Origin: a virus
Virus record (IMG/VR): IMGVR_UViG_3300031746_004145
Span: 4,009 to 68,008 of that record
Length of the DNA: 64,000 nt
Strand: one strand, 5' to 3'
Part shown: positions 9,580 to 18,860 of the stretch, piece after piece
Numbering within the stretch: position 1 is the stretch's first letter
How the letters are laid out: each line of letters begins with the position of its first letter
The notes under the pieces: generated by a model
The model's database searches: none
What the model was told of the DNA's origin: nothing
Seen by the model: the letters and a program-made list of their open reading frames with translations, nothing else
Position numbers and translations under genes: made by a program

Positions 9580-10237
9580 ACTTGAACACCTTTCCTTTGT
9601 ACTGAGGTTTCTTCCCGTTGAGCACCATTCCCACCTTCACTTGGGTAGTACGTCGCCACCCGAAGAACTCTACGGCCTCCGTCTGAGACAGGAAGATCAT
9701 CCCGGATCCGACCTCAACGAAGGGACGCCCTCCGTGCGCGGAGGACATGTTGCTCCTTGTCTTGTCTGTGTGCTTCCTACCCAGCTGAAGACGACGAAGT
9801 TCTGCTCGAGTCTCTGGTGTGTGGTCTGTGGGATGCTTCTTCTGGTAGGCACTGACCTTGAGACTGATCTTTTTCCTCTCTTCTGTGGAGAGGATGTAGC
9901 CATGCCTGCCCGGCCCGCCATCGGTTGCGTTGGTCAGCCTGGTCCCAGCCTCTTTGGCCTGTTTGATCATGCGCTGCTCCGCCGCGTAGAGGTCGTCGGC
10001 AGAGGCGCACGCCAGCAAGACTCGGAAGATGGGCTCTAGACCTTCGGCCAACAACGACTTGATCCACTGGGCTCTGTGGTTGCGAGGCGAGCGATTCAAG
10101 TAGCAGGGTTTGAGGTGGCCCTCTCTACGTCTTTCTGGGTTGATGGTCTTGCCGATGTACCGAAGCTCGTTGGTGCGGGGATCGAAGAGCCCGTACACCA
10201 CGAAGCGTGGCAGGGCTCCTGGTGAGGGTTCTGTCAT
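9566..10237 (-). CDS. Free-standing GIY-YIG homing endonuclease with NUMOD3-like repeats
   Basis: VVYGL.DP...RYIGKT..PERR..H, conserved E and LTN.T.GG, HTPETR/HTDKTR repeats. Confidence 0.88.
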   Translation of the reverse strand: MTEPSPGALPRFVVYGLFDPRTNELRYIGKTINPERRREGHLKPCYLNRSPRNHRAQWIKSLLAEGLEPIFRVLLACASADDLYAAEQRMIKQAKEAGTRLTNATDGGPGRHGYILSTEERKKISLKVSAYQKKHPTDHTPETRAELRRLQLGRKHTDKTRSNMSSAHGGRPFVEVGSGMIFLSQTEAVEFFGWRRTTQVKVGMVLNGKKPQYKGKVFKYVAP

Positions 10238-10252
10238 GTGTCCTCCAGACCT

Positions 10253-10260
10253 CTTATCCC
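10253..10260 (-). promoter_or_regulatory. GGGATAAG putative phage promoter motif (copy 2)
   Basis: Lies just upstream of the GGAGG RBS of the GIY-YIG gene. Confidence 0.55.
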
Positions 10261-10559
10261 TACGGCGCCGAGTTCCTTTCCTTGCCCAAACGCTGCTTCA
10301 TCCCCACGTCGAAGCGCATGTCGAGCTCGGAGAAGGTGGGGCGGCCGACGATGATGCAGTCGTTCTTGGCTGCGTACATCATGGTGATGTTCCACGCCAA
10401 CATCCTTGACTTCGGGGGCAGAGGAGACGCGAAGTGGATACGAATCGAGTACACGAGTGCGTTGACACTCTTGTGTGTCTCGAAGGATGCTGGCGTTCCA
10501 GAGGCTCTCCCAAGGGAGTCGGTCACGTTGGGGATCCAAGACAGGGATGGCGGTAGCAC
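10260..10559 (-). CDS. Small hypothetical protein (start uncertain)
   Basis: Fills the gap before terminase; GTG at 10559 chosen to avoid overlap. Confidence 0.4.
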   Translation of the reverse strand: MLPPSLSWIPNVTDSLGRASGTPASFETHKSVNALVYSIRIHFASPLPPKSRMLAWNITMMYAAKNDCIIVGRPTFSELDMRFDVGMKQRLGKERNSAP

Positions 10560-10580
10560 GACGACAGGGTAGCAGGGAGA

Positions 10581-12395
10581 GTGATGCAAGTCCTCAGTGC
10601 AGAAGAGTTCCTTAGAAACCACACCAGCAACGTGGTGATGGTCAACGGTGAGCCTGAGTACAAGGCCGAGTGGGACTTCGAGCCGGAGGTTCCTGAGGAG
10701 TACATAGACCAGGAGGAGCTCGCCAAGAGGCGAGCTGACCTCATCAACATCTCTCCCTCCCAGTTCACCGAGTTCGCCGTCCGCATTCCAGACAAGGAGA
10801 GCCAGAAGCACGTCAACTTCAGCTTCGCGGGGCGCGAGTACCTCCGCCTCCCCTACGATACGCCGGCCAGGCGCACCCTCTTCAAGTGCGGCCGCCAGGT
10901 GGAGAAGAGCACGCTGCTGGGCAACCGCACGCTCTCTTACTGCTGCGTCATCAACGCCTTCAACGTCCTCTACGTCTCACCCACCAACCAGCAGACCAAG
11001 ACCTTCTCCAGAGACCGGCTCAAGGAGCCGATGGAGACGAGCGAAGTCCTGAAGAGCTGGACTACTACCAAGCTCTCGGACAACGTCTTCGAGAAGCAGT
11101 TCATCAACCGCTCGAAGGTCACGCTCCGCTACGCCTACCATCACGCCGATCGAGTCCGAGGCATCCCAGCGGACATGATCGAGATCGACGAGATCCAGGA
11201 CATCAACACCGACAACATCCCCATCATCGAGGAGTGCGCGTCCCACTCGCCCTACAAGATCTTCACCTACTCAGGAACACCGAAGACCCTCGACAACGCC
11301 ATCGAGAAGTACTGGAATGACTTCAGCACTCAGAACGAATGGGTGGTTCCCTGTGAGCGCCATGGAACTCCCGGCAACCCTTCAAGCTGGCACTGGAACA
11401 TCCTTACGGAGGACAGCATCGGCAAGAAGGGTCTCGTCTGCGACAAGTGCAAAGAGATCATCAATCCGATGCACCCCATGTCGCAGTGGGCCTCGCTCTA
11501 CCCGGAGATCCGCAGGCCAGCGCAGGACGGCGGCCTCGGTGATAAGGCCTTCGAGGGCTTCCGCATCCCGCAGCTGATGGTGCCTTGGCTGAAGTGGGAT
11601 GACATTCTGGTGAAGTTCCAGACGTACCCGCGGGGTCGCTTCTACAACGAGGTGCTCGGTCTCTCCTACGACTCAGGCACTCGTCCCCTTACCCAGCAGG
11701 ACGTCATCGACAACTGCATCCAGGGCTTCTACATGACGCCCCAGGTGCTGGCGAAGGTGAAGCATGACGCCTCCGGGACCTCGCCCATCTTCTGCGGGAT
11801 TGACTGGGGAACCGGCGAAGGCACATACACCGTCCTCTCTCTCGGCACATACATCAACGGCTTCTTCACCATCTTCTACATCCACCGCTTCGAGGGGCAG
11901 GAGCTAGAGCCGCCTATCCAGCTGGGCATCGTGGAGGAGCTGATCAAGAACTGGCAGGTCGAGGTGGTGGGGGTCGACTACGGTGGCGGCTTCGATCGCA
12001 ACGACCACCTCACCCGCAAGTTCGGGCAGGGGCGCATCTGGAAGTACCAGTACAGCCAGCCGGGCCAGAAGGTGAAGTGGGAGGATCCCCTCAAGAGGTT
12101 CCTCGTCCACCGCACCGAGGTGATGAGTGATGTGTTCAACGCCATCAAGCGGAGGAACGTCATCCGCTTCCCGGATTGGAGCCACTTCAAGGAGCCCTTC
12201 GGATCTGACCTGCTGAACATCTTCAGCGAGTACAACGAGCAGACCCGGCAGATCGAGTACAAGCACGCGCCCGACAGGACGGACGACTCCTTCCACTCCA
12301 TCATGCTCTGCCTCTTGGTATCGATGCTTCGAGTCCCCAGGCACGATGTACTGAACCCGTCTGCCCGTACTGGCGTCTCTACTGAGATCGACTGA
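10581..12395 (+). CDS. terL: Terminase large subunit (GpA-like)
   Basis: Walker A-like GRQVEKST, YVSPT, Walker B IEIDEIQD, SGTP, Cys cluster (CxxH..CDKC), FYNEVLG, RNase H-fold GIDWG, VDYG, DDSFHS. Confidence 0.9.
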   Translation: MMQVLSAEEFLRNHTSNVVMVNGEPEYKAEWDFEPEVPEEYIDQEELAKRRADLINISPSQFTEFAVRIPDKESQKHVNFSFAGREYLRLPYDTPARRTLFKCGRQVEKSTLLGNRTLSYCCVINAFNVLYVSPTNQQTKTFSRDRLKEPMETSEVLKSWTTTKLSDNVFEKQFINRSKVTLRYAYHHADRVRGIPADMIEIDEIQDINTDNIPIIEECASHSPYKIFTYSGTPKTLDNAIEKYWNDFSTQNEWVVPCERHGTPGNPSSWHWNILTEDSIGKKGLVCDKCKEIINPMHPMSQWASLYPEIRRPAQDGGLGDKAFEGFRIPQLMVPWLKWDDILVKFQTYPRGRFYNEVLGLSYDSGTRPLTQQDVIDNCIQGFYMTPQVLAKVKHDASGTSPIFCGIDWGTGEGTYTVLSLGTYINGFFTIFYIHRFEGQELEPPIQLGIVEELIKNWQVEVVGVDYGGGFDRNDHLTRKFGQGRIWKYQYSQPGQKVKWEDPLKRFLVHRTEVMSDVFNAIKRRNVIRFPDWSHFKEPFGSDLLNIFSEYNEQTRQIEYKHAPDRTDDSFHSIMLCLLVSMLRVPRHDVLNPSARTGVSTEID

Positions 12396-12397
12396 TA

Positions 12398-12444
12398 GGT
12401 AAAAAGCTGGACCCCCGGGACAGAACCTCCCGGGGGTCCAACTT
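12398..12444. terminator. Terminator between convergent genes
   Basis: TGGACCCCCGGGA/TCCCGGGGGTCCA stem; the minus-strand tail reads TTTTTACC. Confidence 0.8.
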
Positions 12445-12461
12445 GCGTCGCAGCGTCGGAA

Positions 12462-12908
12462 CTACTTCCCGAGGAGGCGGACCTTCGGGGTGCCGAGCCA
12501 GTCGGCCACGTACTCGTTGTACACCTTCCCGGCGGCGAAGAGCCCGCCGGTGATGACGGGGAAGTGCCACACCTTGATGTTCATGCCCCCGAACCGCCGG
12601 ACGGCGTTGACGTAGGTGTCCTCGTGCTTGCCGGTCCGCATGATGTCGGCGCCCCGGACGTCACCGGCCCCGTAGAGGAGGTCGGCGACCGGCACGTAGG
12701 CCTCCTTGGGGAGCTCCCCGCGGAAGCGGGTGAAGAACGACTCGAGGGCCTTCTCCTCGGTGGCCGCCGCGCCGGCGGCTGGCGCGGCGGGCGGCTGGAC
12801 GAGGTGCGGCTGGAACGGCGGGGTCGGGGTGGCGGTGGCGCCAGCGGCCTCCTCGGCGGTGGCGGCAGCGGCATCGAGCACGATGCCCTTCTTCGGGGTC
12901 TGCTTCAT
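12462..12908 (-). CDS. Hypothetical protein with an Ala/Pro-rich N-terminus
   Basis: RBS GAGG, very strong codon bias, own upstream motif and terminator. Confidence 0.65.
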   Translation of the reverse strand: MKQTPKKGIVLDAAAATAEEAAGATATPTPPFQPHLVQPPAAPAAGAAATEEKALESFFTRFRGELPKEAYVPVADLLYGAGDVRGADIMRTGKHEDTYVNAVRRFGGMNIKVWHFPVITGGLFAAGKVYNEYVADWLGTPKVRLLGK

Positions 12909-12982
12909 GTGGTTGTTCCTCTTCCGGAAGGAAGTGCACCCACGGGATTGTGGGCGACAGGGTATTTCTACCCAGCACTTTC

Positions 12983-12992
12983 CTTATGCCCC
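12983..12992 (-). promoter_or_regulatory. GGGGCATAAG variant of the putative phage promoter (copy 3)
   Basis: One-base variant upstream of the 12908 gene. Confidence 0.45.
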
Positions 12993-13012
12993 TGAGGGTG
13001 GGGGAATTGCTG

Positions 13013-13729
13013 TTACCGGGCGCTGAGGGCCCTACGGAGCTCGTCCTGGGGGGTATCCAGGGCTTGGAGAAGGGTCTGTGGGATGGTTCCCCTCCCCGAC
13101 TCGATCCAGAAGAGGGAAGCAGTCCGTATCTTCTTTCTTCCCTGCTCCATCTTCGCAGCCAAGGACTGAAGAGATAGGTCGTCCTTCACCTTCTTGGGAG
13201 AGAGGGAACTCGACATCTTGTTCACGAGGTCAAAGAGAGGCTTCCAGGGCTGCGCGCTGCTCGTGACTGCTGCGAGTTGCTCGATGGTGGTTTCGTCCAC
13301 CTGATTGAAGATGCCTGCCCAGGACTCCAGCTCCTTGAGCTGGTACTTCTGGAGTGCGAGGTAGTCAACCACCGCACGTTGGAGTCCTGCTGCTTCTTTT
13401 TCTCCCATCCGCAGAGGCTTCTCCTGAATGCCCATGGACTCCCACATGGCCTTCATCGTTCGCAGCTCTTCTTCGAGTTGCGTTACGCGCCTGTTCAGTT
13501 GGAAGATGGTGCGACGGTTCACAACCGGAAAGTCCGTTCCAAGTTCCTCAGCCAGCTGTTCCACATCTTCGGGACGTACGAGGATCTTCCGATTACGAAT
13601 TGCTTCCTTCTTGAGGAAGCCCTTCTTGAGGTAGTTATTGACCGAACGCTTCGAGCAGCCAAGACGACTGGCGACCTCGGGGATGGTCATGAGCTGGGTG
13701 AAAGTGCTTCCCAAGTGGCGACCCTCCAT
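13013..13729 (-). CDS. Excisionase/MerR-like HTH DNA-binding protein with coiled coil
   Basis: MTIPEVASRLGCSKRSVNNYLKKGFL..VRPEDVEQL; divergent from the head operon with only about 25 bp between the starts. Confidence 0.8.
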   Translation of the reverse strand: MEGRHLGSTFTQLMTIPEVASRLGCSKRSVNNYLKKGFLKKEAIRNRKILVRPEDVEQLAEELGTDFPVVNRRTIFQLNRRVTQLEEELRTMKAMWESMGIQEKPLRMGEKEAAGLQRAVVDYLALQKYQLKELESWAGIFNQVDETTIEQLAAVTSSAQPWKPLFDLVNKMSSSLSPKKVKDDLSLQSLAAKMEQGRKKIRTASLFWIESGRGTIPQTLLQALDTPQDELRRALSAR

Positions 13730-13754
13730 CTACGCTGAATCCGGAGCATACCTC

Positions 13755-14699
13755 ATGCGAGACGATCTGACGACGTACCTCATCAGCGACCGGAAGCATC
13801 GGCCGTCCCTCTCCCCCGAGGCTCTCGAGCTGATGGGGAAGCAGGCGGCCAACCGGTTCCTCGACGAGGGCCTCTCCCTGAACGAGGAGATCGCCAAGCT
13901 TGCGAGCGAGCACGGCGACATCAACCCGGACCAGGTGCGCCGGGTGGTGGAGTTCGCCAACAAGGCGACCTACCTCGGCCTGCACGAGAAGGCCAAGACT
14001 GCCGGCGCGAAGGAGAGCTACCCGCAGTTCGCTCTCGCCGACTCGAAGGTCATCCTCGGTACCCTGGAGGAGGAGGCCAGCCCACTCCGTATCCCCGCGG
14101 TCAACACCGACTACAGCTCGAGCGTCGAGAAGCGGGCGTCCATCGAGGGCATCACCGCCGACAACCTCCTCTTCGACCTGTTCCGGGTGCAGAAGACCGC
14201 CGAGGTCGCCCACACTACCGAGTCGGTGGTGAACGACATCATCAGCGTCAAGGAAGACCTGACCTCCCTGCGTGACCACCTGACCCACACCGCGTCGACG
14301 CTCGACACGCTGTGGAAGGAGGCGCAGGAAGACTACTACGATCATGTGCGCCGCCACCTGCTGAACGGTGGCTCCTTCATGGACGTCGTGGCCTCTTCTC
14401 GCATCCCAGGGGTCGATCAGGAGAAGATCGCCTCTGCCCTCCAGCCCTTCGTGGTTCGGCTCCTTCAGGACAAGGTGGCCGAGGCTGCCACCATGCGGGA
14501 GCAGGCGAAGGGCTTCGAGAAGGTGGCTCACCGCATCCTCAACGAGCAGCACCCACTCGTGACGACCTTCCGCGCCTACGTCTCGCTCGATCAGGAGATC
14601 CAGAAGGTGGCGACGGGTCTGAAGGACGTCGAGGTGGAACTCGGCAGGGTGAACGACTTCATCAAGGAGAAGTTCTGTGGCGGCGCAGCGGCTCGCTAA
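13755..14699 (+). CDS. Putative head-internal/core protein with multiple K-x-A sites
   Basis: ATG 13755 after GGAG; GKQAA, AKLAS, AKTAG, EKRAS, QKTAE, EKVAH; helical. Confidence 0.55.
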   Translation: MRDDLTTYLISDRKHRPSLSPEALELMGKQAANRFLDEGLSLNEEIAKLASEHGDINPDQVRRVVEFANKATYLGLHEKAKTAGAKESYPQFALADSKVILGTLEEEASPLRIPAVNTDYSSSVEKRASIEGITADNLLFDLFRVQKTAEVAHTTESVVNDIISVKEDLTSLRDHLTHTASTLDTLWKEAQEDYYDHVRRHLLNGGSFMDVVASSRIPGVDQEKIASALQPFVVRLLQDKVAEAATMREQAKGFEKVAHRILNEQHPLVTTFRAYVSLDQEIQKVATGLKDVEVELGRVNDFIKEKFCGGAAAR

Positions 14700-14964
14700 G
14701 CTGGCGGCCATCTCCCGCCAGATCACCTCTGGGGTGGAGAAGAAGGCGTTCGTCAGCGCGGCACTTCGGCTGGGTGGCAAGGCCGCCGGTCTTGGCCTGA
14801 AGATGCTCGACAAGTACCCAAAGGCATCTCTCAGCACTCTCGCCGCCACGGGCCTCGGCGCCGTTGCGACCAAGGGGGCCTACCGGCAAAACAAGGCCGG
14901 CTTCGACCCTGAAGTTCAGAAGGCCATGCTTGGGAACACCCCTGTTCCCCCAGGAGTCTCGTGA
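14677..14964 (+). CDS. Small basic Ala/Gly-rich virion protein
   Basis: AKLAA and EKKAF, then amphipathic segments. Confidence 0.5.
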   Translation: MAAQRLAKLAAISRQITSGVEKKAFVSAALRLGGKAAGLGLKMLDKYPKASLSTLAATGLGAVATKGAYRQNKAGFDPEVQKAMLGNTPVPPGVS

Positions 14965-15713
14965 TGCTGACCAAGGAAGCGCTCGTCAAGCACGTCGGCG
15001 AAGTCGCCCCGGAGGTGATGCAGAAGATCGCCGCGGTGTTGGTTCAGATCGAGCAGGAGAACCCTGGAGACGAGTCCTGGGCGGCTCGCGAGCTGGATGA
15101 GATCGCACAGCACACCATCAACAAGGTGGCGGAGATCGGTGCCCTGGGAAGGTGGGGCATCGCCGTTGGAACAGGAGTGGCAGCCGGCATCGCCAACGAC
15201 CTCGCTGGCGACCTCTACTCCTCGGTGAAGAGGGGCCTCTCGAAGAGCCGCAACCTCAAGGCCATCATCGCCGCCAACCCGGACCTGAAGACCTTCGACA
15301 AGACCAGGCTCCAACAGTCCTTCGATGCCATCCACCGCTACGCTCCGGAGATGACGGCTGACCCCCTGGTGGGCGGTGCCCTCTTGAAGAGCGTGGCCGA
15401 TGTCTCGGGCAACGAGGGCGTGGCCATCAAGAACATCATCGACATGCGGAAGAACGTGGTCACCCCGTTCCGCCCTGGCGAGGTCATGAAGTTCGACAGC
15501 CCCAAGCCGGAGAAGGTGAAGAGCCCGGAGGAGATGGGGCGTGAGTCCCGCCTTCGTGGGGTGAACGATCTCCTCAAGAGCCATCTCAACGAGATCGAGA
15601 ACAGCAAGGACTCGACCAAGATGAAGCTCCGTCGTGAGCGCGCCGTCTACAAGACCTTCGACAAGAAGATCGACGACATCGTCACGTCCAACAAGCTCGC
15701 CCCCAAGAAGTAG
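14961..15713 (+). CDS. Putative head-internal protein
   Basis: TKEAL, QKIAA, NKVAE, then a hydrophobic Gly-rich helix; translationally coupled. Confidence 0.55.
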   Translation: MMLTKEALVKHVGEVAPEVMQKIAAVLVQIEQENPGDESWAARELDEIAQHTINKVAEIGALGRWGIAVGTGVAAGIANDLAGDLYSSVKRGLSKSRNLKAIIAANPDLKTFDKTRLQQSFDAIHRYAPEMTADPLVGGALLKSVADVSGNEGVAIKNIIDMRKNVVTPFRPGEVMKFDSPKPEKVKSPEEMGRESRLRGVNDLLKSHLNEIENSKDSTKMKLRRERAVYKTFDKKIDDIVTSNKLAPKK

Positions 15714-17432
15714 ATGATCAAGCAGTCCATGTTCCTCGGCAAGTCCGAGCAGGGCATCTTCGCCCAGGGCCTCTTCAGCGGGGCGATGGAGAAGACTGCC
15801 GGGGTTCCTGGGCCTGCATGGGAGACGGCACAGCCGATCAAGAAGCTCATCAAGAAGCTGACGCCTGAGGACAGGAAGAAGAACTGCTACGTCCTCGTGA
15901 CAGCTCTCGGTGCCGGCGAGTACTACGGCTCCAACGTCAATGCCGACTTCTTCCCCTGGGATGCCCTGACGCACCCTGGGAAGGAGTATGGCTACGAGAC
16001 CTTCCTCGACTCCCACGCCTTCGCACACCATGCGAACAAGGACCCCGAGCGAGCGTTCGGGGTCCCTGTCGTCTCGGCCCTCAACCCTCGCATGAAGAAG
16101 GTCGAGCTGGTCATCAAGCTCGACCGCGAGAAGGCCAAGATGGAAGGCGCGGACCACATCATCCAGCGCATCGACTCGGGTGACTTCCCTGACGTCTCGA
16201 TGGGCTGCAAGGTCCCCTTCGACGTCTGCTCCATCTGTGGCAACCACTCGAAGACGCGAGTGGACTACTGCGAGCACATGCGCCCCGGCCCAGAGAAGAA
16301 GGGCATCTGGGGCCCCAACAAGATCCTCGAAGACGGACGGCAGATCTGCGTCTACAACACCCTCCCCAGGTTCTTCGACATCTCGTTCGTCTTCATCGGT
16401 GCCGACAAGATCGCCAAGGCCATGGCGAAGCTGGCGTCTCGGGGGAGCCATGTCTGTCTTGGTCAAGTGTGCGCGGTACCTGCTCGAGCAGGAGAAGCTG
16501 ACGCCGGGCCTGACCTCTACTCAGCAACTGGCGATCGTCTCGACCTTGGACAGATTCGCAAGCAAGCTTCTGATGGGGAGACTGGGCGCCGTGGGCCGTG
16601 CGGACGATGCTGCAACTCCTGTGACGAGCAGTCTTCCTGCGAGCTCGACAAGCTGGCTTCCGCCTTTGGAGTGAAGGAGGCCGAGAAGAAGATCTCCTCC
16701 ATCGTGAAGAAGATCCCCTCGGACAACTTCACAGCGCGAAAGCTGCCGGAGATCGAGGCCAAGGAGAAGGACTTCCCCAAGGAGGTCTTGGACGCTCTGG
16801 CGGAGTACCCACTCACCAACAGCACAGGGGCCACCACCGCGGCAGGCATCATCCTCAAGCCCCATGAGTTCCAGCGCATCGTCCTGGTCCGGATGGGAGA
16901 GGTCCCGATGGCCGACGCGCTGGACGCCAAGAAGCAGGTGTTCAGGCCATCGGAAGAGTTCGATGACAGCGTCGACCCCGCCATGCCTGCCATCAGGGAG
17001 GCTCTCTCGATCGTTCTTCCCTACCTCATGGACCGGAGTGCGTTCTCTCCGGCCCTCTCTCCTCGGCTGATGAAGCTGGCGAACTCGTCGGAAGAGCGAA
17101 AGAAACTCTTCCCACACAGGACGCCAATCGGCCATCCTATGCTCGACAAGGTCAGCGCGGCGTACAATGGCTACCGCCGCAACATCTTGATGAAGCTGTC
17201 GCAGGTGAGAGAGGCAGTACAGAGTGACTCGCAGTTGAGGTCGCACTTCTTCGGAGACGAACTGGTTACGATGTTCAGCAAGACTTCCAGCCCTTCCTCG
17301 ATCATCGACCACGACACGGTCGCATACGTCATGAGCGCTCATCTCTCGAATCGCAGCCTGCTGACCACCACCCGGGGCAATGGTGCTTCCGCGGTGGCCG
17401 TACCGTGGCTCCCTGAGGAGCTGTCGGCCTAG
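15714..17432 (+). CDS. Prohead maturation protease with Zn-finger insertion
   Basis: N.NADFF, AFAHH (His), DVSMGC (Ser), CSICGN..YCEH, FFDISFV..GAD..A pattern of assemblin-like phage proteases; upstream of scaffold and capsid genes. Confidence 0.75.
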   Translation: MIKQSMFLGKSEQGIFAQGLFSGAMEKTAGVPGPAWETAQPIKKLIKKLTPEDRKKNCYVLVTALGAGEYYGSNVNADFFPWDALTHPGKEYGYETFLDSHAFAHHANKDPERAFGVPVVSALNPRMKKVELVIKLDREKAKMEGADHIIQRIDSGDFPDVSMGCKVPFDVCSICGNHSKTRVDYCEHMRPGPEKKGIWGPNKILEDGRQICVYNTLPRFFDISFVFIGADKIAKAMAKLASRGSHVCLGQVCAVPARAGEADAGPDLYSATGDRLDLGQIRKQASDGETGRRGPCGRCCNSCDEQSSCELDKLASAFGVKEAEKKISSIVKKIPSDNFTARKLPEIEAKEKDFPKEVLDALAEYPLTNSTGATTAAGIILKPHEFQRIVLVRMGEVPMADALDAKKQVFRPSEEFDDSVDPAMPAIREALSIVLPYLMDRSAFSPALSPRLMKLANSSEERKKLFPHRTPIGHPMLDKVSAAYNGYRRNILMKLSQVREAVQSDSQLRSHFFGDELVTMFSKTSSPSSIIDHDTVAYVMSAHLSNRSLLTTTRGNGASAVAVPWLPEELSA

Positions 17433-17503
17433 AGGCGCGCGAGCCCCTCGTAGACGGCCCACACTGATCGCCGAAGTTCAACGACTCGAAGGAGAAGAAC
17501 AAC

Positions 17504-18361
17504 ATGGACAAGACGCTCGCAGAGATCTACGGGACCAATCAGTCGGACGACGACCAGGAGAAGCTCGCCGCGGCTGCCGCCGCCGAGGAGCTGACCGAGG
17601 ACGGCGCCATCGACCTCGAGGGCATGACCGAGGAGGACCTGGAGGCCGTCGCCGCCGAGGTGCTCGAGGCCAGCTCGGACGAGGAGGAGACCGAGGAGGT
17701 CGAGGAGCCCGCCGAGGAGGCCGAGAAGACCGCCGAGGAGGCCACCGAGGAGGCCGACGAGGAGATGCAGGAGAAGGTCGCCGAGGCCGACCAGATGGGC
17801 CGCATCATGGCGCACGCCTACGTCCAGGAGCTGCGCGCGATCGAGAAGACCGCCAAGTTCGACCCGGCGGACCTCAAGAAGGTCCCCTTCAAGCACAAGA
17901 TCACCGGCGCGGCCCGCGCGGCCGGCAAGTGGGTCGCCGGCAAGGCCGGCGAGGCGAAGAAGGGCGGCAAGCGGTACGGTGAGCTGATGGCCGGCGGGCA
18001 GAAGGAGCTGGTCAGCGGCAAGCGCCCGGGCAACGCCCTCAAGGTGCACGCCAAGGGCAGCGCCCACCGCTCCGAGCAGCTGAAGTCGCTCGGCGCTCGT
18101 GCCGGCACCGCGGCTGGCGCCGGCGCCGGCGCGGCCGGCGCGGTCGGCGCCAAGAAGGCCTTCGGCAAGAAGGAGAAGAAGGCCTCCGCCTTCGAGACCC
18201 TGGCCGAGCAGCGCGCCCAGGAGATCCTGGCCGCCAACGGGGTCACCGAGCAGCCGGAGACCGAGACCACGAAGTACGACGTCCTCGCCGACGCCGTCGA
18301 GCAGCGCGCCACGGAGATGCTGACCGAGGCCGGCTACGAGTTCGAGGCCGCCGAGGAGTAA
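17504..18361 (+). CDS. Scaffold-like protein with acidic ends and a cationic Gly/Ala-rich core
   Basis: Very acidic N-terminal third, extreme codon bias, position between protease and capsid genes. Confidence 0.6.
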   Translation: MDKTLAEIYGTNQSDDDQEKLAAAAAAEELTEDGAIDLEGMTEEDLEAVAAEVLEASSDEEETEEVEEPAEEAEKTAEEATEEADEEMQEKVAEADQMGRIMAHAYVQELRAIEKTAKFDPADLKKVPFKHKITGAARAAGKWVAGKAGEAKKGGKRYGELMAGGQKELVSGKRPGNALKVHAKGSAHRSEQLKSLGARAGTAAGAGAGAAGAVGAKKAFGKKEKKASAFETLAEQRAQEILAANGVTEQPETETTKYDVLADAVEQRATEMLTEAGYEFEAAEE

Positions 18362-18374
18362 CACCTTCGCTCAG

Positions 18375-18401
18375 AGCGGGGGCCTCCGGGCCCCCGCTTC
18401 T
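18375..18401 (+). terminator. Terminator hairpin
   Basis: AGCGGGGGCC-TCCG-GGCCCCCGCT followed by TCT. Confidence 0.65.
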
Positions 18402-18417
18402 GGGCAACTAGGTTCTC

Positions 18418-18849
18418 ATGCCAGCTTGGATCCACGACAGAGCGGATCACATCAGGCGGAAGAACCCAGGGATGCCGAAGAGTGAGTCCTTCGCCATCGC
18501 AACGCAGCAGGCTCACGCAGCAGGGAAGTCGCCGAAGGGGTACGGTACGGTGGCTGGACGTAGAGAGGCGAAGCAGAAGTACGACGAACCGAAGAGGGAG
18601 TACGTGCAGACAGCAAACCCCAGCCACAAGCCCAAGACAGCAAGCAGCTTGGTTTTGTGGAAGGGATTCGCCGACGAGCTCTCGAAGATCGCCATGACGA
18701 CACCAGGACACATCACAGCCATGGCCCGACCCAAGCCCATAAAGATGGGGCGAACCTCCATGCCCCGTGACACGCCGCCGCCGACTCCGATGACAGACGC
18801 ACTCTCGAGCACCAAGATCACACCCCCGCCGCCCGTGACGGCAGGCTGA
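18418..18849 (+). CDS. Small basic protein with an internal FADELSKIA motif
   Basis: PKTAS and KGFADELSKIA motifs. Confidence 0.6.
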   Translation: MPAWIHDRADHIRRKNPGMPKSESFAIATQQAHAAGKSPKGYGTVAGRREAKQKYDEPKREYVQTANPSHKPKTASSLVLWKGFADELSKIAMTTPGHITAMARPKPIKMGRTSMPRDTPPPTPMTDALSSTKITPPPPVTAG

Positions 18850-18860
18850 AGGAGAAGAAG

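Noticed and set aside
9580-9659. GTG 9659 as the RNase HII start, as given in the ORF track
   Set aside because: It requires a 94-nt overlap and gives a non-family N-terminus; ATG 9579 in another frame fits better.
8961-10260. Group I intron carrying the GIY-YIG gene inside rnhB
   Set aside because: There is no room for an intron core, and the RNase HII N-terminus lies downstream of, and overlapping, the endonuclease stop rather than upstream of the gene.
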